A DNA stretch of 64,000 nt from an uncultured Gemmatimonadaceae bacterium (GTDB lineage Bacteria > Gemmatimonadota > Gemmatimonadetes > Gemmatimonadales > Gemmatimonadaceae), in NCBI GenBank assembly GCA_963761305.1, contig CAVXGK010000002.1, positions 1,024,001 through 1,088,000 on the forward strand. Reading direction: 5' to 3'. Below the pieces are notes generated by a model. That model worked only from the letters and a program-made list of their open reading frames with translations, had not been told where the DNA came from and did not search any database. How positions within the stretch are numbered: position 1 is the first letter of the stretch; each line of letters starts with the position of its first letter. Made by a program: the position numbers and the translations under genes. This document shows positions 1-10,715 of this stretch, in pieces.

Positions 1-319
1 AGATGCCGCGCACGTGCGCGCTGTCCTGCCAGAAGTTGTAGATCTGTCCGCCGAGGAAGCGGCCATATGGAATGCGGTCGCTCGCCTGGGCAACGGCGAG
101 CGCGTCGCGGTAGAGCGAGGCGTAGTGTGGATCCTTCTCGATCACCGCCGTCGTCTTGGCATTCTCCGCGTTGACCCAAGCCATCGCCCGAGCACCGCGC
201 TGATCCTCGAGCCAGATGTACGGATCGGCGGCCGATGCGGCGGAGCCCGACTGCGTTTGCGCCGCGACTCGAGCGGCAGCGAACAGGACCAGCAGGAGCG
301 AAAGCGAACGGGGCGTCAT
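1..319 (-). CDS. Prolyl oligopeptidase family (S9A) serine peptidase, N-terminal part; runs off the left edge
   Basis: Manual translation (not in ORF track): MTPRSLSLLLVLFAAARVAAQ signal peptide, then DPYIWLEDQRGARAMAWVNAEN...IYNFWQD, typical of S9A N-termini. Confidence 0.8.
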   Translation of the reverse strand, partial: MTPRSLSLLLVLFAAARVAAQTQSGSAASAADPYIWLEDQRGARAMAWVNAENAKTTAVIEKDPHYASLYRDALAVAQASDRIPYGRFLGGQIYNFWQDSAHVRGI

Positions 320-392
320 CGAGCGGCTCCGGGTGCGGCGAGAGGGAAAGAGTACTCTGCTCGCCGCGACGGAGGAGCGCAAGCGTAGCCGG

Positions 393-941
393 TCAATCCT
401 TCCAAAACCACATCATCAGAGTTCCCGCGGTGCTCAGTCCGATCGAGCTGAGCGCTATCGCGCGATGACGGTCGGCGTCGGCGCGCGATCGGCCGGCGCT
501 GTTGGCGGCGATACCCGTCCCTACGAACCCGGCGCCGGAGCCGAGCATCAGTGCGGCGTGGAGAATGCGCCGTGTTCGCCCGGCGGGATCGTGTCTCGAG
601 TCCCAGAGATTCCAGGCGCCGGTCACCGTGTTGACGGTAAACAGCACGCCGATCGCGCCGGCGACGAACTGGTGCGTGTCGAGCATCCACGTCGACCGCT
701 CGCGGTCTTGCAGCAGATTCTGACCCAGCGACCACTCGGCCGCGAAGAGCGGAAGCATCGTGTAGCTGCCGATGCGATGGATCGTGAGGCGCCGGTTGTA
801 CCAGTCGCTGTACTGGATGGCGTGGGCCGAGTTTGGGATGGCGGAATCGTCCGCAAGCGGCGAACCGACGAACCACGTGAACAGCGCCAAGAGCGAGGAG
901 ACTCGACGAGACTCGAGAAATTCGCCCTTGACGTCGTTCAC
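393..941 (-). CDS. Hypothetical membrane protein
   Basis: 182-aa ORF with about 4 hydrophobic segments and several His residues; starts 10 nt after the upstream gene. Confidence 0.65.
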   Translation of the reverse strand: MNDVKGEFLESRRVSSLLALFTWFVGSPLADDSAIPNSAHAIQYSDWYNRRLTIHRIGSYTMLPLFAAEWSLGQNLLQDRERSTWMLDTHQFVAGAIGVLFTVNTVTGAWNLWDSRHDPAGRTRRILHAALMLGSGAGFVGTGIAANSAGRSRADADRHRAIALSSIGLSTAGTLMMWFWKD

Positions 942-951
942 GCGTTCCCGC

Positions 952-2163
952 TCAGCGCATGTTGCCGGTGTGCCCCAGCGAGTATCGCCCGGGCTGTGGC
1001 CAGACGCAGAGTCCGTGTGGCTCGTTGCCGACCGGAATGCGATGCGTGAGCTTGCCGGTCGCCGTGTCGAACACGTACACCTCTCTGTCGTAGCGGCCGC
1101 TCACCCACAGTTCCTTGCCGTCGGCGGTCACGTTGCCCATGTCCGGGCTGCCACCGCCGAGGATCGTCCAGGTCGCGACCACCTTGCGTGCGATCGGATC
1201 GACGACGCTCACCGACCCTTCGCCGTGCGGACGCGCGACCAGCGTGTTCCATCCGCGATTCGTCACGTAGAAGAAGCGACCGTCGCGGCTCGGATAGATG
1301 CCATGCGTTCCCTTCCCCGTGTGAACGAACCCGACCTGGGTGAAACTCGTCGGATCGATGAATCGCACGCCGTCGGCTTTCATGTCGGCCACGAGAAACA
1401 CGCTGCCGTCGGGCGACGAGCGAATGTCCTGCGGCATCGCGCCGCCGTCGCCCGACGTGTCGTCGAGCGTGAGATAGGCGATCGGCGTCTTCTCCGAGAG
1501 ATCGAGCTTGAGCAGGCGGCCGTCGAACTCGCACGTCGCGATCGCGTAGCGGCCGTCGTCGGTGAACTCCATGTGATCGATGCCGACGCACTGCGTCTGG
1601 ATCGATCCCACGGGCGCCATCGTCACCGGATCGTGAAGATCCAATCGCTGGCGGCGCTCGGCGACAACGATCGCGAGACGGCCGTCGGGACTGAAGTACA
1701 TGTTATACGGGTCGATCACGCGAACCGGCACGCCTTCCTTGCCGGTGAGTGGATCGATCGGCACGACGGTGCTCGATCCGTTGTTGAGCACCCAGAGTGT
1801 CGTCTCGTCGTACGAGGGTACGACGTGCTGCGGCACGTTTCCCGTCCTGAACGTGCGCACGACCGTATACGTCGCCGGATCGATCACGCTCACCGTTCCG
1901 GACCGCGAGTTCGGCACGTAGACGAGGTGCTTGGCACGCGCGGCGACGGGCGACAGTGCATTGGCGCCCGTGGCTCCATAGATGTTGACCACACCTTTTG
2001 CATCCTCGACTTCACCGGCGGCAGAGAACGTCGTGTAATGGTGCCGCCCGTCCGCGGCGATGAGCGAATCGCGCCGAGTGCTCGAGTCGCGACAGGCGAA
2101 CGCGAGCAGCAACGCCGGACACAGAAACCGCAGACGCGTCCAAGTCGCTCGCATAACTGCCAT
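952..2163 (-). CDS. YVTN/YncE-family beta-propeller lipoprotein
   Basis: Repeats VYVPNSRSGTVSVID, FYVTNRG, GNEPHG; lipobox-like LAFAC; start could be 2154. Confidence 0.8.
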   Translation of the reverse strand: MAVMRATWTRLRFLCPALLLAFACRDSSTRRDSLIAADGRHHYTTFSAAGEVEDAKGVVNIYGATGANALSPVAARAKHLVYVPNSRSGTVSVIDPATYTVVRTFRTGNVPQHVVPSYDETTLWVLNNGSSTVVPIDPLTGKEGVPVRVIDPYNMYFSPDGRLAIVVAERRQRLDLHDPVTMAPVGSIQTQCVGIDHMEFTDDGRYAIATCEFDGRLLKLDLSEKTPIAYLTLDDTSGDGGAMPQDIRSSPDGSVFLVADMKADGVRFIDPTSFTQVGFVHTGKGTHGIYPSRDGRFFYVTNRGWNTLVARPHGEGSVSVVDPIARKVVATWTILGGGSPDMGNVTADGKELWVSGRYDREVYVFDTATGKLTHRIPVGNEPHGLCVWPQPGRYSLGHTGNMR

Positions 2164-2382
2164 GACAAAAGGCAAGAGCGATTCCTTGACTCGTCGTGCA
2201 ATGTTGCACGATGGGCCGGTTGACATCCGCCCTCGGCGAGACATCGGTCGCGTCTCTTACATCTCCGAAAGGATGCGGGCCGGAGCGTGACGTTTCGTTA
2301 GCCTCACAGGTCGTCGCGATGGCATTGCATCGCGCTGCTCGCGCCCCAACTCGTGACTCGGCTCGCACCCGTCGACAGGACA

Positions 2383-2667
2383 ATGGAAGAAACCTCGGCA
2401 GCGAACATGCTCCGCGAGATCTTCGCGCACGTCAGCCAGCGGTCGAGCTGGGATTTTCTATCAGAGAACGCCGTCGCTCGGCTTGCCGTGCGCGCGTTCG
2501 TCGATGAATCGCGCGCCGCAGGACGGCCGGTCGACGACGTCATCATCGAGGCCGTGGCGCTCACGGGCTCGGCGGTGTCGGGAGTCGCCGACCCGCATCT
2601 CGAGACGATCATTCGGTGGGTGGTCGAGGACTTCTTCGCTCCCGACCCCTCGCAGCGCGACGGGTGA
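2383..2667 (+). CDS. Small hypothetical protein
   Basis: AGGA upstream of ATG; 94-aa ORF fills the gap before the kinase. Confidence 0.45.
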   Translation: MEETSAANMLREIFAHVSQRSSWDFLSENAVARLAVRAFVDESRAAGRPVDDVIIEAVALTGSAVSGVADPHLETIIRWVVEDFFAPDPSQRDG

Positions 2668-2772
2668 TGCGCGGAGGCGGCAAAGCCTAGTTCTTTGCCG
2701 GTTACTCGAGTCCAGGAAGCACGCGCAAGGCTGGGGCCATACTTTGCCTCGCGCCAGGTGTAGCTGTCTTGG

Positions 2773-4257
2773 ATGGATCCTCTGCTCACCGTCCCGCTTT
2801 ACCTCCGCAGGAGCGCGAGCGCGCGTATCGTCACACGATACACGCTGGCAATCGTCGCGGCTGGTGTCGGGCTGGGCGTGTCGTTGGCTCTTCACCGATT
2901 CGGGGCGACGACCTCGGCGTCGCTGTTCGTGGCCGTCGTCGTGCTGGTCGCGCGGTTTGGCGGCGCCGGTCCCGCTCTGCTCGCCGGCGGCCTCTCGGTG
3001 TTGGCGCTCGACTACTACTTCATTCCTCCCATCGGGGAAATCGACCTCCAGCAGCCCGAGCAGGGCGTCAACGCGCTGGTATTCGCCCTCGTCGCACTGA
3101 TCGTCGGATCGACGACGGCCCGTCTGCGCGCCGCGGAGCGCAACATGCGCGAGCGAGGGGACCGAATCGCCGAGCTCCAGGAGGCCACGGCGGCGCTGTC
3201 CCGGGCAACGACAGTTGCCGACGTCGGTCGCGTGGCGATGACTCGCGCGTCAGTGCTGTCGCCGTTGCAATACGGGGCGCTGCTCCTTGGCGGCGACGAC
3301 GACGACCTCAAGCCTCTCAGCACGTTCGGCGAGCCGGCGAACAAGCCGGAGACAACCGGTCCCCCAGGGGATGACGAGCTGCGTCTCAGGCTGCGCTATG
3401 GCGATCGGTCGATCGGCGTATTGTCGCTCGAATTCGCGAACTCGTACATGCCCGGCGACGCGGAACGCGGCCTCCTCCAACTGTTCGCTGACGCGACAGC
3501 CAGCGCGCTCGTGCGAGCGCAGAGCTTCGACGTCGAGCGGCAGCTCCGCGAGGCGGCCGAGACGCTCGCCCGAGCGCGCGAGGAAGTGCTCGCTGTCGTC
3601 GCCCACGACCTGCGAAATCCGCTCAGCACCGTCCTCGGCGCCGCCACGTTGCTCGAGGAGGGTGGCCAGGATGCTGCCGAGGCTCGAGAGGTGCTCGGCA
3701 TGATTCGGCGCGCCGTCGATCGCATGAATCGATTGATCGGCGACCTGCTCGACGTGACGCGCCTCGAGGCGGGGCGACTGGTGCTCGATCAAGAGCCCGT
3801 GGCGGTCCGTGAGCTCCTGAACCAAACGGCGGAGTCGTGGAACGGCACGGCGGCCGAGCACGGGCTCTCGCTGGATGTGGGGTCGGCGCCGTCGAGTCTG
3901 GCCGTTTTCGCGGATCGCAGCCGAGTGCTTCAGGTCTTGGACAACCTCGTGGGAAACGCGGTGAAGTTTTCCGAAGCCGGCGGGCGAATCACCGTGCGCG
4001 CGGCCCCGAGCGAAACCTCGCCGGCTGAGGCTCGGTTCATGGTGTCCGACACCGGCCCGGGAATTACGCCCGAGGTGATGAAGGGATTGTTCGAGCGTTT
4101 CTGGCAAGCGAAGGTGACCGATCGTCGAGGCATCGGCCTCGGGCTGGCCATCTGCAAGGGTATCGTCGAAGCGCACGGCGGCCGCATTTGGTGCGAGAGC
4201 CAGGTCGGACGTGGAACGCGATTCACCTTCACGCTGCCCGTCGCGCGGGGCGACTAG
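2773..4257 (+). CDS. Sensor histidine kinase (DUF4118/KdpD-like membrane domain, GAF-like, HisKA, HATPase)
   Basis: 4 TM segments with DYYFIPP; H-box VAHDLRNPL; N-box LDNLVGNAVKF; DTGPG; GIGLGL. Confidence 0.9.
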   Translation: MDPLLTVPLYLRRSASARIVTRYTLAIVAAGVGLGVSLALHRFGATTSASLFVAVVVLVARFGGAGPALLAGGLSVLALDYYFIPPIGEIDLQQPEQGVNALVFALVALIVGSTTARLRAAERNMRERGDRIAELQEATAALSRATTVADVGRVAMTRASVLSPLQYGALLLGGDDDDLKPLSTFGEPANKPETTGPPGDDELRLRLRYGDRSIGVLSLEFANSYMPGDAERGLLQLFADATASALVRAQSFDVERQLREAAETLARAREEVLAVVAHDLRNPLSTVLGAATLLEEGGQDAAEAREVLGMIRRAVDRMNRLIGDLLDVTRLEAGRLVLDQEPVAVRELLNQTAESWNGTAAEHGLSLDVGSAPSSLAVFADRSRVLQVLDNLVGNAVKFSEAGGRITVRAAPSETSPAEARFMVSDTGPGITPEVMKGLFERFWQAKVTDRRGIGLGLAICKGIVEAHGGRIWCESQVGRGTRFTFTLPVARGD

Positions 4258-4274
4258 CGGCGTCGCGTCGGCGC

Positions 4275-5330
4275 CTATTTTCGACTGGCGACGGTGAAGC
4301 TGTCCACTCGAGCAATCGCATCGGCGAAGGCCCGCGGCGCCTCCTGCGGCACGTTGTGTCCGATTCCATTGAGCGTCACGTGCGCGTACTTGCCGGTGAA
4401 CTTGTCGCGGTACGCGTTGCCGTCGGCGTTCGCGCCGTCGAAATCGCTCCCCATCGTCACGGTCGGCACGGTGATCACCGGATTCGTTTGAAGCTTGTTC
4501 TCTAACTCGTCGTACTTCGTTTCGCCCTGCGCGAGACTGAGCCGCCACCGGTAGTTGTGGATGACGACGGCGACGTGATCCGGATTGTCGAACGCCGCGG
4601 CGGTTCGGTCGTACGTCGCGTCGTCGAAATTCCATTTCGGCGAGCAATTGTGCCAAATCAACTTGTTGAAGTCGCGCCGGTTCTTGTCGTAGCCGGCGAC
4701 GCCGCGATCGGTGGAGAAGTAGTACTGATACCACCATCCCCATTCGGCAGGTGGGGGCAACGGCTGCTTGTTGGCCGCGAGATTCGTGATCAAGTAGCCG
4801 CTGACGGCGACGATGCCACTGCAGCGCTCCGGCCAAAGCGCGGCGATGATCCCGGCCGTGCGTGATCCCCAGTCGAAGCCGCCGATGATCGCTTGCTTGA
4901 TCTGGAGCGCGTCCATCAGCGCGGTCACGTCGAGCGCAACCACCGACTGCTGGCCGTTGCGAACGGTGTCGCTCGAGAGAAAGCGAGTCGATCCGTAGCC
5001 CCGAAGGTACGGAACGATCACGCGGTAGCCTTTCGCCGCGAGAATGGGGGTGACGTCGGCGTAGCTGTGAATGTCGTACGGCCAACCGTGCAGCAGCACG
5101 ACGGCCGGTCCGCCGGCCGGGCCGTCCTCGGCGTACCCGACGTTCAAGAGGCCGGCATCGATCTGCTTGATCGGTCCGAACGGCGTCCGCTCGGATCTGC
5201 GAATCGGCGACGCGCCCCGAAGAGTCGGCTCGACGAACTCTGTACCTCGCGCGCCGAACTTGGCGCCGGCAATGGCCATGGCCGCGGTGCCCAAGAAATC
5301 GCGGCGATCGAGCTTCGTGTCGTCCGACAT
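4275..5330 (-). CDS. Alpha/beta hydrolase (epoxide-hydrolase-like) with twin-arginine signal
   Basis: LDRRDFLG Tat motif; HGWP; GGFDWGS Asp nucleophile; GHNVPQE; GGAGG RBS. Confidence 0.85.
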   Translation of the reverse strand: MSDDTKLDRRDFLGTAAMAIAGAKFGARGTEFVEPTLRGASPIRRSERTPFGPIKQIDAGLLNVGYAEDGPAGGPAVVLLHGWPYDIHSYADVTPILAAKGYRVIVPYLRGYGSTRFLSSDTVRNGQQSVVALDVTALMDALQIKQAIIGGFDWGSRTAGIIAALWPERCSGIVAVSGYLITNLAANKQPLPPPAEWGWWYQYYFSTDRGVAGYDKNRRDFNKLIWHNCSPKWNFDDATYDRTAAAFDNPDHVAVVIHNYRWRLSLAQGETKYDELENKLQTNPVITVPTVTMGSDFDGANADGNAYRDKFTGKYAHVTLNGIGHNVPQEAPRAFADAIARVDSFTVASRK

Positions 5331-5572
5331 CGCGTGGCCTCCAAGCATTGCGTCGAGTTTGCCGAGCACGAGGGGTGCCGGCGCGCGACGTCGCGCTCCG
5401 CACCCGCCCTTCGTGATTCGGGCCAGACCGCGTCGCTCCCCAGTGGCCGGCCGATAAGAAAGAGGAAATTTGCGTTCACGAGCCCGGCTCGCCGGCGCTG
5501 CGACACCTCGAATGGCTGGCTGAAGCGTGTGCTTCGATGCAGCTTTGGGTCGACGCCGGTCGAGGGGGTTTA

Positions 5573-5836
5573 ATGGAAGGGTTTGGGATCGAAAAACTGT
5601 CGCTCGTATTGGTGATCGTGTTGGTGCTCTTCGGAGCGCGACGGATTCCCGAGATCGGAGCGTCGATCGGCAAGGGGATTCGCGAATTCAAGCGCGGGAT
5701 GAACGGCGCCGCCGGAGACGCCGATCGCGAGCATCTCGACGCGCAACCCAACGAGGCTGCGCCGACCTCGGCGTCGGAGCTCGCCGAGCCGGCGTCGGAG
5801 CCGAAGCGCCTGATCGAGGGTTCGCCGAACCGCTGA
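5573..5836 (+). CDS. tatA: Twin-arginine translocase TatA/TatE subunit
   Basis: VIVLVLFGARRIPEIGASIGKGIREFK signature. Confidence 0.9.
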   Translation: MEGFGIEKLSLVLVIVLVLFGARRIPEIGASIGKGIREFKRGMNGAAGDADREHLDAQPNEAAPTSASELAEPASEPKRLIEGSPNR

Positions 5837-5852
5837 TCCGATCGCGCCGCGC

Positions 5853-8321
5853 TCAGTCGGCGCGCAGCGCGATCAGCGGGTCGACTCTCGTCACGCGGCG
5901 CGCCGGCCACCAGCAGGCGGCGACGGCGACGAGCGCGAACAACGCGGCGACGCCCGCGTAGGCGACGGGATCGAGCGGTGACACGCCGAACAGCACTATT
6001 CTGATGAGCCGGCCGAACGCCGTCGACAGCAACAGTCCGAGTCCGATGCCGACGACGACGAACCGCGCGCCGTCGCCCATCACGACGCGCATCACGTCGC
6101 CCGGCGTGCCGCCGAGGGCGAGGCGAATGCCGATCTCGCGCGTGCGACGCGCGACGCCGAACGCGACGACGCCGTAGATGCCGATGACGGAGAGAAAGAG
6201 CCCCGACACCGCAAAGACGCCGATCAGACCGCCGAAGACGCGCGTCTCGAACAACGCGGGGTCGACCTGGTCGGCCAATGTCGGCGTGTCGCGAAGGAGA
6301 ACCATCGTCGGATCGGCGGCGCGCACGAAGTCGACGATGTGCGCGTGCAGTGCTTGCACGTCGCCACGGCCGGTCGCCAGGATCTCGGGATATCCGCTGA
6401 ACGCCTGCCGCGCCGAGAGATAGAGCTTGGGTCTCGGTCCGTTGCTGTAGCCGCGACCGCCGCCGCGAAACTCGTTGATGTCGTCGACCACTCCGATCAC
6501 CGTGAGCGCATCTCCCTTCGCTCCCACCTGAATCGTACGACCGATCGGACTGCCACTCGGCCACACGGCCTTGGCGACCGACGCGCTGATCACGGTCACC
6601 GGCGTCGAGCCTTCGACGTCGTCCGTGGCGAAATTGCGGCCGACGCGCATTCTCAAATGCACGAGCGAGAAATAGTTGTCGGTCATGACGACGAGTTCCG
6701 GGCTCCCAATGCCCTTGACCCCTCGCGTTGTGTCACGATCCGGGATGAGCCGGTCGTCGAATGCCGACGGCGAATCCGACGACGCCGGCTTCGGCGCGGT
6801 GCGCAGTCGCCAGAATCCGCCGCGCAACGCAACCGTCGTTACACCAGGCAGCTCGCGCACTCGAGCCATGATCGCGTCGGCGAACTGCACACGTGACGAC
6901 AGCTCGCCGTAGCGCGCCGGGTCGAAGAGCGGCTCGACGACCGCGATGCGATCCGCCGGATACCCGAAGTCGATGCGACTGAGCCGCTGATAGCTCCGCA
7001 CGAGCAGCGCCGCGCCAATGAACAGCGCCACCGAGAGCGCCAGCTGTAACGCCGCGCCGCGCCGACTCGCCCGTGCGATGCCGCTCGCCGCCGCGCCTCC
7101 TTCCCCGCCGCGTTTGAGTGCGGCGACCAGATCGATGCGCGTTCCCTCGATCGCCGGCATGAGGCCGACGGCAATCGTGGCCAACACCGTGAGGCCGACG
7201 GCGAACGCCAGCACGCGGTAGTCGATCGCCACGTGGAACCACGACGGGAACCCCGTGGTGGGAATGAAGTGCAAGCCGAGGCGCACCAGCGCGCCGGCCA
7301 CCGCGGTGCCGCACACCGCTGCCGCAGCTCCCAGAAGTAGCGTTTCGACCAGCGTCTGCCGCATCAGGCGCCGTCGTGCCGCCCCCATCGACGCGCGAAT
7401 CGCCATCTCGCTCCGTCGCTCGGCGGCTCGGACGAGAAACAGATTGGCGACGTTCGCGCACGCGATCAGGAGCACGAAGAGCGCGGCGCCAAGGAAGAGA
7501 CTCGGCGCCGGCAGGAACGCATAGCCTTTGCGGTCGAGCATCTCGTCGCGGACCTCGAGTTGCACACGGTCATAGACCTTGTCGAATCCCGCGAGGCGTT
7601 GGGCGAGGGTTTGCATTTCCGCTCGAGCCGCGTCGCGCGTGACGCCGGGCCGCAACTTGCCGATCATCGCGTAGTCGCGGTCGTGCAGCCTCGCGGCCGA
7701 ATCCGACGGCGTCCCCATTCCCGTGAGTGCGTCGGTTTGATAGGGGAACCGGAATCCGCGGGGCAGCACGCCGACGATCGTGTACGAGTGATTCCCGATC
7801 GTCACCGATTTGCCCATGGCACCCGGATCGCCGCCGTACTCCGCACGCCAGAGTTGGTCCGAGAGCATGAGCATCGGCGAGCCGGCGGCGATCTCCTCGG
7901 GCGAGAGCAGTCGCCCGACCTCGGGGCGGAGATCGAACAACGGCACGAACGCCGAGTCGACGCGCAACGTGCGCAGCTGCCGCGGCGCGCTGCCGAAGAC
8001 CGCATTGCCAAAGGACTCGTCGTACGCCGAGACGCGCTCGAATGATCGGTTGCTGCGCTGGACGAGCTGGACCGCGTCGAGCGACATGGCGCTAAACGAG
8101 TAGAACCCCTTGGGACGGCGCTCGTTCAGCGCGACGACGCGATCGGCGTCCTTGTACGGCAGCGCCGCGAAGTAGATCGCGTTCATGTAGCTGAACAAAC
8201 TCGTGACGCTCGCGACGCCGACCACCAATGTCATGAAGGCCACGAGTGTGAACCCCGGAGCGCGCTTGAACAGGCGGCCGGCGAATCGAAGGTCGGCAAA
8301 GGTCTCGTCGATCAAGCGCAT
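5853..8321 (-). CDS. ABC transporter permease, duplicated MacB/FtsX (ADOP-type)
   Basis: DLRFAGRLFKRAPGFT; LLIACANVANL; RTREIGIRLALG; VDPLIALRAD C-terminus. Confidence 0.9.
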   Translation of the reverse strand: MRLIDETFADLRFAGRLFKRAPGFTLVAFMTLVVGVASVTSLFSYMNAIYFAALPYKDADRVVALNERRPKGFYSFSAMSLDAVQLVQRSNRSFERVSAYDESFGNAVFGSAPRQLRTLRVDSAFVPLFDLRPEVGRLLSPEEIAAGSPMLMLSDQLWRAEYGGDPGAMGKSVTIGNHSYTIVGVLPRGFRFPYQTDALTGMGTPSDSAARLHDRDYAMIGKLRPGVTRDAARAEMQTLAQRLAGFDKVYDRVQLEVRDEMLDRKGYAFLPAPSLFLGAALFVLLIACANVANLFLVRAAERRSEMAIRASMGAARRRLMRQTLVETLLLGAAAAVCGTAVAGALVRLGLHFIPTTGFPSWFHVAIDYRVLAFAVGLTVLATIAVGLMPAIEGTRIDLVAALKRGGEGGAAASGIARASRRGAALQLALSVALFIGAALLVRSYQRLSRIDFGYPADRIAVVEPLFDPARYGELSSRVQFADAIMARVRELPGVTTVALRGGFWRLRTAPKPASSDSPSAFDDRLIPDRDTTRGVKGIGSPELVVMTDNYFSLVHLRMRVGRNFATDDVEGSTPVTVISASVAKAVWPSGSPIGRTIQVGAKGDALTVIGVVDDINEFRGGGRGYSNGPRPKLYLSARQAFSGYPEILATGRGDVQALHAHIVDFVRAADPTMVLLRDTPTLADQVDPALFETRVFGGLIGVFAVSGLFLSVIGIYGVVAFGVARRTREIGIRLALGGTPGDVMRVVMGDGARFVVVGIGLGLLLSTAFGRLIRIVLFGVSPLDPVAYAGVAALFALVAVAACWWPARRVTRVDPLIALRAD

Positions 8322-8371
8322 GGTGCGTCCTCTTTGGGGAATCTTTTTGTCCGGTCCACCGGTCCACCCAG

Positions 8372-10507
8372 CTACGGCACCGCCTTCCCCTTCACGTACC
8401 GGTCGAACCACGCCCGCTCGTTGAGCATCCTGTGCACGTTGTTCCACGACCCGGCGATGCCGTGCGGTTGGCCGGCATACTGGATCATCTTGGCCGGCAC
8501 GCCCTGCTTCTTGATCGCCACGTACAGTTGCTCGTTCTCCGAGAACGGCACGCGGTGGTCGATCTCGCCGTTGATGAACAGCGTCGGCGTCTTTATCCGA
8601 TTGGCATACGTGATCGGCGATTGCTTGATCATTGTCTCGCGCGCCTTGGGGTCGGACGGTGGACCCCAGAACTCTGTTTCCTTGGTGCGCGGGATGTCGG
8701 AGTTCGCGTAGTCGCTGGTCCAGTTGGCGATGCCGGCGCCCGACGCCGCCGCGGCGAAGCGATCCGGATATTGCGTGATCAGCCAGTTCGTCATGAAGCC
8801 GCCGTACGAGTGCCCGATCGCCGCCACCTTCTTGCGGTCGATCGGATAGTGCGCGATGGCATAGTCGACGCCGGCCATCACGTCTTGCCCATCCTTCGTG
8901 CCCCACGCGCCCCACGTGCCCCAGAGGAACTTCTCGCCGTACCCGGTCGAGCTGCGGAAGTTCACCTCGAGCACGAAATAGCCGTTGGCGGCGAAATATT
9001 GATTCTTGAAGTCGAATCCATATTCGTTGGCCGCATGCGGGCCGCCGTGGTTGCTGACGACGAGCGGGTATGGGCCGCCGCCGGCGCGGTAGCCGTACGG
9101 GTACGTCAGCCAGCCTTCTATAGGAGTGCCGTCAGGGCTGGTGAAGTTGAGGCGCTCGGCCTTGCTCAGCGTCACTTCGTTGGTGAAGTCATCGAATACG
9201 TGCGTGAGCTGAACCTCTCCGCTCCCATCGACGCGCGCAGCGAAGATCTCCGACGGCGCGTCGAACGTGCCGACCAGATACGCCATGCGCGTCTGGGCCC
9301 GGTCGAAGCTGAAGCCGCTCAACCGCCGCTGACCCGTCGTCACCTGCTCGACCTTGCCGCCGTTCGCCGACGCGCGGAACAGATGCGTCGTACCGCCGAT
9401 GCCGCCGGTGAAGTAGACGAACTTGCCGTCGCGGCTCCAGAACGGCGCCGACGGCAGATAGTCCCACGCCTCGGTGAGATTGACCTCGTTGCCGCCATTC
9501 GCCGGAACGAGCACGACGTCCACCGGACCGCCGTTGTCCATCTTCTTCGCGATCACCCAATCGGTCGGCGTCGACCTCGTGGTGAGAATCCACGCGCCGT
9601 CGGGCGAGTACTGCGCGCCGGCGTACGAGAACGCGGGGTTCGACGTGAGCTTCTTCACCGCCCCGTCGACACTCACCGTCCACACGTCGCTGCGGCCGTA
9701 GAGCATCTCGTTGCGGTAGCTCGAGTCGGCGGTGAACGCCAACATCGTCCCGGCGGGATTCCAGTTCGCGCCCGCCGGACGCAGCCCGAGGTGCGTGAGC
9801 TGTCGCTCGGCGCCGCCGGTCGGCGTCACGAAGATCTCTTGCGGCGGACTGACCTGCGGGTCGGCGCGATTCGGAAGCGGAAACGGCGCGGCGTCGCGCT
9901 GAAAATCCATCCAATCGAACTCCACGCCCTTGAATCGCTCTTCGTGTCGTTTCGCGAAATCCGATTCGTAGACCGCCTCGCGTTTCGGAGGCGGCGTGTC
10001 GCGTACGACGGCGACCATGGTTCCGGCCGCATTCGACATCGCACCGCCGCCGCCGCCGCGACCACCACGACCACCGCCTCGGCCGCCGCCACCACCGCCG
10101 CCGCGCGCGCTCGCCGTGCCTGCCTCGGTGACCTCGGCGGGCGACGAGGGATTGAGCACGAACGCGCGCCCGTTGGCGGCGAAACGAAGACGCCCGTCGT
10201 CGAGCCACGCCGGCGCGACGGCGTTGTCGCCCGCGGCGCTCACGCGACGAGCAACTGCGGACCCGTCGGACGGAACGAGCCACACTTCAGTCGTGTTGTC
10301 GTTCGTCGCTTCGACGCGCGTGCTGACGGTGAAGGCGACCCACTTGCCGTCGGGCGAGAGGTCGGGGTTTCCGACCGTCTTCAGGCGATAGTAGTCCTCG
10401 ATCGCCAGCGGCCGTCCGCTCGGCGACTGCGCAGGCAGACCCGCCGCTCCGGCGAGCGAGAGTGCGAGGAAAATGACTCTGCGGTGAACGGCAGGGGACG
10501 CTTTCAT
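8372..10507 (-). CDS. S9 family peptidase (acylaminoacyl/dipeptidyl aminopeptidase-like), secreted
   Basis: Signal peptide; SPDG propeller repeats; HGGP; GHSYGG nucleophile; DHRV; PHG. Confidence 0.9.
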   Translation of the reverse strand: MKASPAVHRRVIFLALSLAGAAGLPAQSPSGRPLAIEDYYRLKTVGNPDLSPDGKWVAFTVSTRVEATNDNTTEVWLVPSDGSAVARRVSAAGDNAVAPAWLDDGRLRFAANGRAFVLNPSSPAEVTEAGTASARGGGGGGGRGGGRGGRGGGGGAMSNAAGTMVAVVRDTPPPKREAVYESDFAKRHEERFKGVEFDWMDFQRDAAPFPLPNRADPQVSPPQEIFVTPTGGAERQLTHLGLRPAGANWNPAGTMLAFTADSSYRNEMLYGRSDVWTVSVDGAVKKLTSNPAFSYAGAQYSPDGAWILTTRSTPTDWVIAKKMDNGGPVDVVLVPANGGNEVNLTEAWDYLPSAPFWSRDGKFVYFTGGIGGTTHLFRASANGGKVEQVTTGQRRLSGFSFDRAQTRMAYLVGTFDAPSEIFAARVDGSGEVQLTHVFDDFTNEVTLSKAERLNFTSPDGTPIEGWLTYPYGYRAGGGPYPLVVSNHGGPHAANEYGFDFKNQYFAANGYFVLEVNFRSSTGYGEKFLWGTWGAWGTKDGQDVMAGVDYAIAHYPIDRKKVAAIGHSYGGFMTNWLITQYPDRFAAAASGAGIANWTSDYANSDIPRTKETEFWGPPSDPKARETMIKQSPITYANRIKTPTLFINGEIDHRVPFSENEQLYVAIKKQGVPAKMIQYAGQPHGIAGSWNNVHRMLNERAWFDRYVKGKAVP

Positions 10508-10700
10508 CGGTGCCTCCGAGTGGATTCGCGGACGGACGCGCTCGTTGAACTCTGTCGCTGATGTGACGCCTGCACCAGAGGGTGACCTCACTCCGTCACA
10601 GATAGGACGGGTGAGCGCCGCAGAGTGCCGGATCGCCACGCGCGTGGACAGCGCAGCTCGCCACGCTCGTCACACGGCACAAACAAATGCTAGCGCTCGA

Positions 10701-10715
10701 CGGCACCAACGTTGC
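10701..10715 (+). promoter_or_regulatory. Putative sigma54 (-24/-12) promoter
   Basis: CGGCAC-CAACG-TTGC, matches YGGCAC-N5-TTGC, about 105 nt upstream of the ATG at 10821. Confidence 0.55.

Noticed and set aside
8322..8915. N-terminal extension of the 1020-aa permease ORF
   Set aside because: It overlaps the S9 peptidase in another frame; the real start is at 8321 after AGAGGA
10675..10690. Second sigma54 motif CGGCACAAACAAATGC
   Set aside because: GG-GC spacing is 11 nt, not 10
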